Virus record (IMG/VR): IMGVR_UViG_2579778873_000001
Location: 9,557 to 73,556 of that record
Origin: a virus
Lineage: Duplodnaviria > Heunggongvirae > Uroviricota > Caudoviricetes
Length of the DNA stretch: 64,000 bases
Direction: 5' to 3' (one strand)
Positions 39,467 to 47,915 of this stretch are shown here, piece by piece (within the stretch, counting starts at the first letter, position 1; each line of letters opens with the position of its first letter). The notes beneath the pieces were generated by a model that saw only the letters and a program-made list of their open reading frames with translations, was not told where the DNA came from and made no database searches. A program made the translations under genes and the position numbers.

Positions 39467-40386
39467 CCAGAATCACTGAAGAGCGTATATCAGAGATTAT
39501 TTCCCGTATCGAAATGTATGGTCACGGTGCTGGATATACGGCAGATGAAGTATTGGCACTTGCCCAAATGGCTTTGGCGGCTTGCAAAGATGATAAAAAA
39601 ATGAAGCTTATCGACTTGTTAGTGAAGGAGCTGCCTAAGTGCGGCGGGTGGCCTGATGGAATGAGTTATTGTTACCTACCCAGTGTCAATTTAATGGCAC
39701 CATGCGCGACTTTTGCTTTTGGCTCAGACCACAAAAAAGACACTTTCTTTGGGCGCAATTTTTGTTGTGAGATTGAGCTTCCAATTGGTGACCTTGATAG
39801 CGATGAATACCAGTCAGTTGTCACTCGCGAACAATACGAATCAGCTCTCATAGCGTCGCAGAAAGTCGAGTTCAATGGTGATGAACTTGAAAGTAAGACT
39901 TACAGGTTGGATTTTGGGCAATGGCTGGAACAGCAACGCGGGAAAATCGATGTGGACTGTGGTTGTGTGTCCACTGAAACATTCATGCACTGGCTGCGGG
40001 TAGCTTACGAGGCTGGCAACTATCCGGATATTCCGGATAGTTCGGTGCCAGCGCCAGGAAAGGGCGTCACCGGTGAACGTATCCGAATTAAGCCGCATGT
40101 TTATCGCGAACTGGTTAACCGTCTCCACGATACAGCGATCAAGTGTGCTGGCACCCAGCAATTACGAGAAAGAATTAGCCGTGTTTTGGGCGACGTTATT
40201 ACACCAGATCATCATAAACAAGCCGAGAAAAGTGGCCTGGAAAGGTGTCACCTTGAGGCGGCATTAAACATTAAGCCGGGGCATACGCTTGGCATTATTG
40301 ATGCACTATTGGTTCATAAGATGGCCAGGGCTTTATTGCCGCTGGTGGCTGAAAAGCATGAGGCGGGCCATGCCAACGAAAGCTGA
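39448..40386 (+). CDS. Hypothetical protein sharing a C-terminal module with the DUF4406-like protein
   Basis: PHVYRELVNRLHD...QQLRERISR parallels PHIYRELVNALRD...EQLRERLAH of 29696..30307. Confidence 0.45.
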   Translation: MAQKEMTRITEERISEIISRIEMYGHGAGYTADEVLALAQMALAACKDDKKMKLIDLLVKELPKCGGWPDGMSYCYLPSVNLMAPCATFAFGSDHKKDTFFGRNFCCEIELPIGDLDSDEYQSVVTREQYESALIASQKVEFNGDELESKTYRLDFGQWLEQQRGKIDVDCGCVSTETFMHWLRVAYEAGNYPDIPDSSVPAPGKGVTGERIRIKPHVYRELVNRLHDTAIKCAGTQQLRERISRVLGDVITPDHHKQAEKSGLERCHLEAALNIKPGHTLGIIDALLVHKMARALLPLVAEKHEAGHANES

Positions 40387-40654
40387 ATTACAGGTGCGCG
40401 TAGATGAGCTTGAAAAAGAGAACGCGAGCCTCAAAAAAATGCTGTCGCGGGCGGAAAGGGAATTATCAGGCAAATTATTGCCAGAAGAACTGCCACCAGC
40501 AGATATACCTGATCGAGTGTCCTGGTGGATGAAGTATTTCCGTGCACCGTGGGAGGCGTTTTGGTGCTACGACCATCGCAGATGGTGTGATGAACTTGAT
40601 AGCAGTTTTCCCTACTTTGCGGAAGGGAACACCTGCCCTCAATGCAGGGGATAG
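40358..40654 (+). CDS. Small hypothetical protein with coiled-coil and Cys/Trp-rich tail
   Basis: Start uncertain (Met at 40358 or 40370); ends NTCPQCRG. Confidence 0.35.
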   Translation: MRRAMPTKAELQVRVDELEKENASLKKMLSRAERELSGKLLPEELPPADIPDRVSWWMKYFRAPWEAFWCYDHRRWCDELDSSFPYFAEGNTCPQCRG

Positions 40655-40989
40655 CATTTGACGAAATCGATCACCCTATCCTGAACTTCAGAAAGAAGGT
40701 CTTTTTCACGCGCCAGGACGTCAGGATATTGACGTTCTGGCCTTACCAGATGCCGGAGCTTCTCATTAAGCAGAATGGCCTCAGAAAATACTTTTACGCT
40801 GTGCTTTATCCCCTCTGTTTCACTTTTCAGCGTCAAAATAAAGCGCAATTGCTTATTAGCCTGATTCAGATTCAATACACGAATTTGCAGTTCGTCTATG
40901 CTGTTTCGCAATGGGATTGATGCCACCACACTGGTGCAGTCTCTGATTGTCTGAATTGAACGGCTAACATTGAGAACGTTGTTGTGCAT
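40639..40989 (-). CDS. Hypothetical protein
   Basis: 116-aa ORF, the only minus-strand gene inside the rightward operon block. Confidence 0.4.
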   Translation of the reverse strand: MHNNVLNVSRSIQTIRDCTSVVASIPLRNSIDELQIRVLNLNQANKQLRFILTLKSETEGIKHSVKVFSEAILLNEKLRHLVRPERQYPDVLAREKDLLSEVQDRVIDFVKCYPLH

Positions 40990-41021
40990 GTGCCTGATCC
41001 ACTAACTCCTGGAGGTTTCTT

Positions 41022-41273
41022 GTGTCAGATCGAAATATAGCAGCTAAAAGCCAGGAAGAGCGAGACAAGGTGAACGTAGACCTTGCCGCCAGCGGCGTTG
41101 CTTACAAAGAACGGCTGAATATACCTGTGATTGCAGAGCAGGTGGCCCGTGAGCAACCGGAAAACCTGCGCGCCTATTTCATGGAACGGCTACGGCACTA
41201 CCGGCAGTTAAGCCTCCAGTTGCCAAAAGGGAGCGATCCGGTGTATCAGAAAGAAGATATAGCCAAAAAATAA
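41022..41273 (+). CDS. Small hypothetical protein
   Basis: 83-aa ORF divergent from 40639..40989. Confidence 0.4.
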   Translation: MSDRNIAAKSQEERDKVNVDLAASGVAYKERLNIPVIAEQVAREQPENLRAYFMERLRHYRQLSLQLPKGSDPVYQKEDIAKK

Positions 41274-41333
41274 CGCACCACCAGGCGAGCGCAAAGCATC
41301 GCGCTATTGCACACTTCAAGCATCTTTAATGTA

Positions 41334-41353
41334 TACTGTATGAATAAACAGTA
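41334..41353. promoter_or_regulatory. LexA (SOS) box upstream of humD
   Basis: TACTGTATGAATAAACAGTA matches the CTGT-N8-ACAG consensus and overlaps a TATACT -10-like hexamer. Confidence 0.6.
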
Positions 41354-41371
41354 TCATTGAGGTAAAACGCT

Positions 41372-41761
41372 ATGGGCTTCCCTTCTCCTGCGGCGGATTA
41401 TGTTGAAAGCCGAATTTCTCTTGATCAGCAACTAATCAGGCATCCATCAGCAACCTACTTCATGCGGGCAGCTGATAGCCATCACCGTGAGGGAATATTG
41501 CAGGGTGCTTTGCTGGTGGTTGATTCCTCGCTTACTCCGGTTGATGGTTCTCTGCTTGTGTGCGCTATGGAGGGTGAATATCGCATAAAGAGATACAGGA
41601 AGTATCCGCGCCAGCACCTGGAGGATTTAAGCACCGGGAGGAAAGAGGCGTTACCAGTGGATGACGATGGATGCACGGGGAGTAATGCTGTTTTTGGTGT
41701 GATCACTCATGTCATCAATGATGTCCGAAGTGGGGAATTTGACGATTGTCCGGTGATTTAA
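41372..41761 (+). CDS. humD: UmuD'-like protein (HumD)
   Basis: 129 aa corresponding to processed UmuD (GFPSPAADYVE..., HPSATYF, S24 peptidase fold) with no N-terminal cleavage segment. Confidence 0.85.
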   Translation: MGFPSPAADYVESRISLDQQLIRHPSATYFMRAADSHHREGILQGALLVVDSSLTPVDGSLLVCAMEGEYRIKRYRKYPRQHLEDLSTGRKEALPVDDDGCTGSNAVFGVITHVINDVRSGEFDDCPVI

Positions 41762-41833
41762 GCTGCAAAGTGCTGGTGCTTTATACCTGTGAAGTTTATA
41801 GTTGTGTACACATAACGAGTACATGAGGTGTTT

Positions 41834-42055
41834 ATGCAATCCATTAACTTCCGTACCGCGCGCGGCAACCTTTCTGAAGTGCTCAACAATGTTGAAGCCG
41901 GGGAAGAGGTTGAAATCACCCGCAGAGGCCGAGAGCCAGCAGTAATTGTCAGCAAGGCTACTTTTGAAGCCTACAAAAAAGCGGCGCTGGATGCTGAATT
42001 TGCATCCCTGTTTGACACCCTGGACTCCACCAACAAGGAACTGGTTAACCGATAA
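41834..42055 (+). CDS. phd: Antitoxin Phd
   Basis: 73 aa from Met [23 protein letters not shown]..., matching P1 Phd as recalled; preceded by GTGTACAC-type palindromes. Confidence 0.9.
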
Positions 42056-42435
42056 TGAGGCATATATCACCGGAAGAACTTATTGCGCTTCATGATGCGA
42101 ATATAAGCCGCTACGGCGGCCTGCCGGGAATGTCAGATCCGGGTAGGGCAGAGGCCATTATCGGTAGAGTTCAGGCCAGAGTTGCCTACGAAGAGATCAC
42201 CGACCTTTTCGAAGTCTCCGCCACCTACCTGGTAGCTACGGCGAGAGGGCATATATTCAATGATGCCAATAAGCGTACCGCGCTAAACAGTGCGCTGCTA
42301 TTTCTACGCCGTAACGGCATACAGGTATATGATTCTCCCGTGCTGGTGGAACTAGCGGTGGGGGCCGCAACTGGTGAAATCCCCGTATCTTCAGTAGCGG
42401 AAAAACTACGTGAATTATTTGGTCCCAATATTTGA
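42055..42435 (+). CDS. doc: Toxin Doc (Fic-fold kinase)
   Basis: 126 aa, [25 protein letters not shown]...[11 protein letters not shown], close to P1 Doc; ATGA-coupled to phd. Confidence 0.9.
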
Positions 42436-42464
42436 AAAGAAGCCCGCTCAACCAGGCGGGCTTC
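42431..42464 (-). terminator. Terminator hairpin between convergent operons
   Basis: gaagcccgc-tcaaccag-gcgggcttc with a T-run on the minus strand. Confidence 0.45.
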
Positions 42465-42518
42465 CTACTATCACTCAATGATTTTTTCTGCTGTCAGCCA
42501 GCTAATTCGGTGATGTTT

Positions 42519-43319
42519 TTAGGCGTCAGCATCCTCCGCTACCTCTGCTTCAACATCAGCCACGGCTTCATCGGACGGTTCTTCTTTGGCCTGCTCTGCA
42601 ATCGCCGCACGGCATTTGGCCCTTGCTGTGGCGATTGCTTCAGCACGTACATCATCAGGAATCGTTGACGTGATATACATATCCAGTTCTTCGGCGCGGA
42701 ACACTGTTTGGTCCAGATATTCGCGTAGCATCCAGGTAAATTCGAAATCACACGCGATAATCTCTGCGCTACCTTCTGCACCATTTGGGAAATGAATAAA
42801 AGCCTGTTTAGCCAAACCGATAACACGACATGCGGTTGCCAAAACAGCGGCAACCAGGTTTACATTTTCACACGCTACGGGCTGATTAACGCCGGAGATT
42901 ACTCCATTTAACTGTCGGTTATATGGAAGGTAGTTTGAGATGCGTTCTACGCGCCATGTGCCAGTCAGGCTGCCATTCTTAAAGATAATTGGTGTAACGG
43001 ATAGCCCAAGCTCGCGTATAAGTCGTTGCGCTATAGCAGGATCATTAAACATGTCTAATGCTACACATTCGAAAGACTGTGCAAGGGTAAACAGTTCTTC
43101 CAGAGAGTAGTCTTTGCCCCTGGCGGTGATGTAACGATGAACGCCGCTTCCTGCATCACTCCATATAGCTACGCCATGCTCTTCATTCAGCTCTTCATTA
43201 AAGCCGAGATACGTCATGATAGTACGTTCAATCGTGTCAAACGGCAGTGACATGTCGGCGTTAACAGCCACCAGCAGGCCATTACGCAAGCGGTATTGAA
43301 TTGCTTTAGTATTTTCCAC
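42519..43319 (-). CDS. Hypothetical protein with acidic C-terminal tail
   Basis: 266-aa ORF. Confidence 0.45.
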   Translation of the reverse strand: MENTKAIQYRLRNGLLVAVNADMSLPFDTIERTIMTYLGFNEELNEEHGVAIWSDAGSGVHRYITARGKDYSLEELFTLAQSFECVALDMFNDPAIAQRLIRELGLSVTPIIFKNGSLTGTWRVERISNYLPYNRQLNGVISGVNQPVACENVNLVAAVLATACRVIGLAKQAFIHFPNGAEGSAEIIACDFEFTWMLREYLDQTVFRAEELDMYITSTIPDDVRAEAIATARAKCRAAIAEQAKEEPSDEAVADVEAEVAEDADA

Positions 43320-43325
43320 GTTAAA

Positions 43326-44027
43326 TCACTCCACTACAAACCAGTCACATGCCAGTAAGTCGCCTACAGAAGGCACCCACGGAACAACTACACCTTGTGC
43401 ATTTTTCAAAGCGAAATGCGTACCATAAGGAGCAAGAGGAGAGTCGAAATTGATTTCAAGCTCTCCATTGATGGCATGTTTTATAGGGGTTAGTCTTGAA
43501 GCGCCGTGTTTGTCTGGAACCAGCCAGCAGAATTGGTTTTCGCCGTTCCACCCGCGCCGGGCAACTTTCTTGCCATCCTTCAGCCACATCAGCGCGTCAG
43601 AAAAGTCGGCTGCTTCAAGGTCGATTTCTTCTTGCTGGGTGGTGATGCCACCAGCAGAAATAGTTACGCTCCCGGTAAGATTAATCATCTCGCCGTTGTC
43701 ATCCGTAATGATGACCGTGGTTCCATTTTTGGAGACGTCGTTAACCAGGCCATAGCGTTCCTCAAATGGTTTCTCCGGGGCATAGAACAGATAACCGTTT
43801 TCATAAACGATCAGATACCCGCCAGTTTTTGGTCGGTGTTTTTGTAAAAACATTGCGTCAACACAAACTGTTGCCCCTTTTGGTTCAACGAGTTCGATGC
43901 TGCCCCAAAGTGGGGCATCAGTTACTCCGAAAATAACAACATTTTTGATTTTCGATGCACTAACGTTTTTGTGAGCTTTGTATTTGGGAAGGAACTTAAA
44001 AAGCTCTTTCGTTGCCATGTTATTCAT
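43326..44027 (-). CDS. Two-domain protein with C-terminal DUF2829 (Tad2-like) domain
   Basis: C-terminal half carries ALMWLKDGKKVARRGWNGENQF ... VVPWVPSVGDLLACDWFVVE, the DUF2829 signature; N-terminal ~135 aa unassigned. Confidence 0.5.
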   Translation of the reverse strand: MNNMATKELFKFLPKYKAHKNVSASKIKNVVIFGVTDAPLWGSIELVEPKGATVCVDAMFLQKHRPKTGGYLIVYENGYLFYAPEKPFEERYGLVNDVSKNGTTVIITDDNGEMINLTGSVTISAGGITTQQEEIDLEAADFSDALMWLKDGKKVARRGWNGENQFCWLVPDKHGASRLTPIKHAINGELEINFDSPLAPYGTHFALKNAQGVVVPWVPSVGDLLACDWFVVE

Positions 44028-44041
44028 AGTCTTTTCTCTGC

Positions 44042-44536
44042 TTATAACTTTTCGTACTGAAGCGGTGAACGCTTAATTTCAAAGTGGCCTTCCGATGTGC
44101 TACCAAAGCCACCAGCACCACGTTCCGTTTCGTTGAGTTCCTCAACCTCGACTAGTGAGACTTGTTCAACACGTTCAAAAATTCCTTGCATGACAGCCAT
44201 TCCAGGCTTGAGACAAACGCCTTCCCCGCCGGGATCAGTAATCAGTTTTGCCATGATTTCGCCGCGATAATCGGAGTCGATAATTCCTACGCAGTTAGCC
44301 AGGCGAGTATGTTTTTTGCAGCCCAATCCGGATCGCGGATAGAGTTTCAGACACCAGCCGGGCGGGATCTCCATAGCCAGTCCGGTATACACCCACCAGC
44401 TTGAGGAAATTGCACCATTGCTATCGACGCATGGTTTTATTTCAACAGCCTCAAAATCCATCGCCGCCGATCCGGAGGTGGCATAAGCTGGAAGTTTTGC
44501 TGCCGGATGTAGGCGTTTCACTTTTACGTAAATCAT
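44042..44536 (-). CDS. dut: dUTP diphosphatase (trimeric dUTPase)
   Basis: Motifs GIIDSDYRGEI and RGAGGFGSTSE. Confidence 0.85.
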   Translation of the reverse strand: MIYVKVKRLHPAAKLPAYATSGSAAMDFEAVEIKPCVDSNGAISSSWWVYTGLAMEIPPGWCLKLYPRSGLGCKKHTRLANCVGIIDSDYRGEIMAKLITDPGGEGVCLKPGMAVMQGIFERVEQVSLVEVEELNETERGAGGFGSTSEGHFEIKRSPLQYEKL

Positions 44537-45009
44537 TGTTTTTTAGCTCTCTGCGTGAAGGTGTAAACCCGACGTTTGATATGTGGAACGGTAGGAACAG
44601 GAAGACAGGAACTTTCAATAACTCCTTGCTCCTCCAGCGATCGCACCGCCCGCAAGAACTGCGACGTGTCGCCGCCAAACTGGCGGGCATAGGTGCTGCC
44701 GTTATGAAGTATTTGAGCTATTACCCGAGCTTTTGTCTGGCTGTCACGATATGCGAATAGCCGCACAGCCTCTTCTGGCGCAATCGCTAACTGATAGCCT
44801 TTCGCGGCACGGTGTCGAATGAATCCATGCGCCAGTAGGTTTTTGAGTTCGTTACGAGTGCGAACAGATCCGTAATCCAGGAAGTGTGGATTGATAACGA
44901 CTGGCTTAAACCATTCCGTAGGTGCTTTAGCTAATAGAGCTAACAGCTTCCCGGATAATTCTGGATAGGAAGACGGGTAACAATTCAGAGATGTGTAATA
45001 AGTTTTCAC
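44533..45009 (-). CDS. Hypothetical protein
   Basis: 158-aa ORF coupled to dut. Confidence 0.4.
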   Translation of the reverse strand: MKTYYTSLNCYPSSYPELSGKLLALLAKAPTEWFKPVVINPHFLDYGSVRTRNELKNLLAHGFIRHRAAKGYQLAIAPEEAVRLFAYRDSQTKARVIAQILHNGSTYARQFGGDTSQFLRAVRSLEEQGVIESSCLPVPTVPHIKRRVYTFTQRAKKQ

Positions 45010-45350
45010 CGACGCCCCCTTGCAGGATAGCGACCTGCATTAGTATCCGGTGCAATAAAGCCGGTAGTGGGGCGAGTGAAAGCGAGATTAATCTTCTCGA
45101 CCATAGTGCGATAATTTTCCTGATAGTGGGCCAGGAGTTTTTCGGCGGCAATGATGGTTACTTTCCGGACGTAGCTTTCTGCTTCCTCCAGATTTCGCCA
45201 GTTTTTTTCGAGGGTAAACACAGGGACGGCCTCAAGCCCGGTCATGATGCCGAACACAACGACAGCATGACTGTTCTTAACACCAGCAGCGAAGGTTACG
45301 GTGTAACCATCCACCTTGAAGCGTCTTGATTCCGTGATTTGACTCTGCAA
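45006..45350 (-). CDS. Hypothetical protein, first gene of an operator-controlled operon
   Basis: 114-aa ORF with an operator about 55 bp upstream. Confidence 0.4.
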   Translation of the reverse strand: MQSQITESRRFKVDGYTVTFAAGVKNSHAVVVFGIMTGLEAVPVFTLEKNWRNLEEAESYVRKVTIIAAEKLLAHYQENYRTMVEKINLAFTRPTTGFIAPDTNAGRYPARGRR

Positions 45351-45404
45351 AGCACCCTCCTAAATAGGCGAGGGTACTTTACATCAAAGGCGTTAATCTA
45401 AAAA

Positions 45405-45422
45405 GATGTGTTAGAAATTTAA
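45405..45422. promoter_or_regulatory. C1-type operator motif (GATGTGTTAGAAATTTAA)
   Basis: Between the recombinase gene end and the 45350 start. Confidence 0.45.
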
Positions 45423-45423
45423 T

Positions 45424-46452
45424 TTACGAATCCATCAGGCGGCTATTAGCCCCCACAGACACACCGCCACGGCGCAGATACCGCATAAGTGTTTCCGGTT
45501 TCTTCCAGGTTCCTTCCTGCATGATCTCCACCATAGACACCTGCTTTTCAGCCATATCAATAGCGGCCCCGACGCGTGCACTATGCCCGGTCCACGTCCG
45601 GTATCTCCCTTTGTTTGGCGTAGCATCTCTTTTATTCAGCAACACCCAGGCGTCGCTGAATATTTTCTCCATTGCAGGTGCAGTAAGGGGCGTTGTCGTG
45701 ATCCTGGCCTTATTGCTACGGTGTATCGGCGGGAACAGCACTGCGTCACGATGTTCGCGAAGCCCGGAAACATCCAGCCAGTCATTCAGCACAGCGGTAG
45801 TGCGACGGGAAAGCACCTTATCAAGCCCGGCGGCGGTCGTTATTGTCTTCGTGTGTGAAATATGTAGCGTGACAGTGTCACCTGTTTGGTCCAGATCTCC
45901 TACACGAATACGCGAGATTTCCGACATACGCATCAGCGTATTGTATGCAACAAAGAGAAAAGCCCGGTTGCGCAGGTCCACCAGCCGTTCTGACCTGGAC
46001 AACAGGACGTCGAGCAGTTTCAGATCGTCCCACCGCAGCGGTATAGCCTGGCCTGTTCGTTCGCCTTTTTCAGTTGCCGCTTCGCGCCGGATGCGCCGCA
46101 TAGCCAGAGAAACACTTTTATCATCCGAAAGTGGCGGAAGGCCACAATGCGAAAGCAGCATGTTCAGCATGGCGTAGTGCTTATCAATGGTGGTCGAAGC
46201 CAGATCGGCATCATGCAGCTGAAGAAAATACTCGCGGGCCATTTCTGGTGAGATCGGGAACCAGGCGAGCTGGCGAGCGTGACACCAGCGCGCCCAGGAA
46301 TGAAACACCAACCGGAGGTCGCGCAGAGTATTCGGCGCATAAGCCCCCTGGTCATTCATGAACCGCATAAAGTTTTCTGCGGCTTCCTGGTACTCTTTGC
46401 CAATGTTGCGCAGAAAACCACCGGAACTGCCAGAGATAATTAATTCTCCCAT
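45424..46452 (-). CDS. Cre-family tyrosine recombinase (Dre-like)
   Basis: 342 aa colinear with P1 Cre (WFPISPE, LNMLLSHCGLPPLSD, AFLFVAYNTLMRMSEISRIRVGDL, WTGHSARVGAAIDMA, LMRYLR); rox-like site 150 bp upstream. Confidence 0.85.
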   Translation of the reverse strand: MGELIISGSSGGFLRNIGKEYQEAAENFMRFMNDQGAYAPNTLRDLRLVFHSWARWCHARQLAWFPISPEMAREYFLQLHDADLASTTIDKHYAMLNMLLSHCGLPPLSDDKSVSLAMRRIRREAATEKGERTGQAIPLRWDDLKLLDVLLSRSERLVDLRNRAFLFVAYNTLMRMSEISRIRVGDLDQTGDTVTLHISHTKTITTAAGLDKVLSRRTTAVLNDWLDVSGLREHRDAVLFPPIHRSNKARITTTPLTAPAMEKIFSDAWVLLNKRDATPNKGRYRTWTGHSARVGAAIDMAEKQVSMVEIMQEGTWKKPETLMRYLRRGGVSVGANSRLMDS

Positions 46453-46604
46453 GAAACTATTTCGCCTCTATATACATATGACGCTACGCGAAAAATATAA
46501 AAATGACAGGGTAGCTATAAGTTAATTTTCAAAATACAAGCCTTTGATTCGAGGCACGTATTTTCAGTGATGTCAATACTGTTCATCTACACATGATTAT
46601 AGCC

Positions 46605-46636
46605 TAACTTTAAATAATCCCCATTATTTAAAGTTA
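46605..46636. other. rox-like recombination target site (14-bp inverted arms, 4-bp spacer)
   Basis: TAACTTTAAATAAT-CCCC-ATTATTTAAAGTTA: perfect 14-bp inverted repeats; arms match the D6 rox arms as recalled, spacer CCCC. Confidence 0.65.
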
Positions 46637-46816
46637 TAAAATGCCGATTTTTTTTGTAATCCATCATAGATTGATGATGGACAGTAACACGTTGCCTTCA
46701 TGGTCTTTAATTTGCGAAGTGTGGTTTCAACGGTTGGTTTTCTAAAGTTGATGACAAAAAAATCATAGTTCGATCCTTTACTCACTCTGTTATTCGACAT
46801 AGATTTGTCATAGGGA

Positions 46817-46836
46817 TTTTATGTTAGAAAACTAAA
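46817..46836. promoter_or_regulatory. C1-type operator motif upstream of the candidate repressor gene
   Basis: ttttatgttagaaaactaaa, 14 bp upstream of the 46850 start. Confidence 0.5.
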
Positions 46837-46849
46837 TCGAGTAGGAATA

Positions 46850-47887
46850 ATGAGTAAGAAGTCGATCGAGAAAGAGTACAAACGGTTCCTGCAAACCGCT
46901 GAACGGTGGAAAGAGCTGGTGGTCGCAAACTCTGTTTTCCATGATACCAGTTATGCTGGCGAGGAATTCCGCCACGTTGCACTAACACACGACCAAAATG
47001 TACTAGAAGAAGCTGAAAAGTGCCTCGCAGAATGGAAAGCCTTTGTTGACTTGTGCCGTAATGCTGACGGCAAAGCGTCTAACATTGTTGAGTCTGTATA
47101 TTCTCCGATCCCATTCATCATTGAGGACACCAATCAAAGCACGCATGTTGTTGTGCAAAGCGCTACAACAACACGTACATTTACACGTGAACAATTGCTC
47201 AAAAAATACGACAAAATCATAAAGAAAAGCCTGAAAAATAGGGTTTTTTCTCAAATCGTAGGTGCTCTTGAAGAAGAACAGCGCTTCTTTGAAGCTGAGC
47301 CTGAAGGCGAGGTCTACCGGGCGCGTAAAGAGGCATATACAGATGTTGTGCTGACAACAAACATCGAAGGCAGCAATGCCCTTTCTCGCTTTAGAGTTGG
47401 CGCACATGGCGCATTCGTTTTCGCAAAACTACCGAAGACAACGATCCCCGTTGTCAATAATGTTGGTGAACGCCGTAGCATTACAATTTATTCTGGCGTC
47501 GAATCGGTGCCTTGCAGCCTTCTCGGCGACTTTAGCTTATATCGTGTTCGTGACCTGGAAAAACATCAGCCAAGCTACGTTGCGAAGTCGTATATCTTAA
47601 GGAACATCGATATCCGCAACGAAAACCTTAAGCAGAAATCAGCTAAGATGCTGGAGGATGCCGATCCGGCTATTCGCCATATCATTGAACGTAAGATTCG
47701 TACATCGCGTGAAGCAATGGCAAGGCTGGATAAAATGGATCTGGAATTGTTAGACGTAATGATGGCCTCTGGAGACGACCTGACCGGCATCAAACTGAAT
47801 GAAGCGCGTAAAAAATACGGCAAAGCAATCGAAGAACGTTACGGATACACATTCCCCCAAACGCAGCGCGCCGCAAAGCTCTGGTAA
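46850..47887 (+). CDS. Hypothetical protein; positional candidate for the C1-type master repressor
   Basis: 345-aa ORF in the position the c1 operon holds in P1 (divergent from the recombinase across the lox-like site, convergent with pacB) with an operator in its promoter; no sequence-level confirmation. Confidence 0.4.
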   Translation: MSKKSIEKEYKRFLQTAERWKELVVANSVFHDTSYAGEEFRHVALTHDQNVLEEAEKCLAEWKAFVDLCRNADGKASNIVESVYSPIPFIIEDTNQSTHVVVQSATTTRTFTREQLLKKYDKIIKKSLKNRVFSQIVGALEEEQRFFEAEPEGEVYRARKEAYTDVVLTTNIEGSNALSRFRVGAHGAFVFAKLPKTTIPVVNNVGERRSITIYSGVESVPCSLLGDFSLYRVRDLEKHQPSYVAKSYILRNIDIRNENLKQKSAKMLEDADPAIRHIIERKIRTSREAMARLDKMDLELLDVMMASGDDLTGIKLNEARKKYGKAIEERYGYTFPQTQRAAKLW

Positions 47888-47915
47888 TCACCACCGGCCC
47901 CGCACTGCGGGGCTT

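Noticed and set aside
46605-46636. Canonical P1 loxP site next to the Cre-like gene
   Set aside because: The site has 14-bp arms and a 4-bp spacer, not the 13-8-13 loxP layout; the arms differ from loxP at several positions. It is rox-like.
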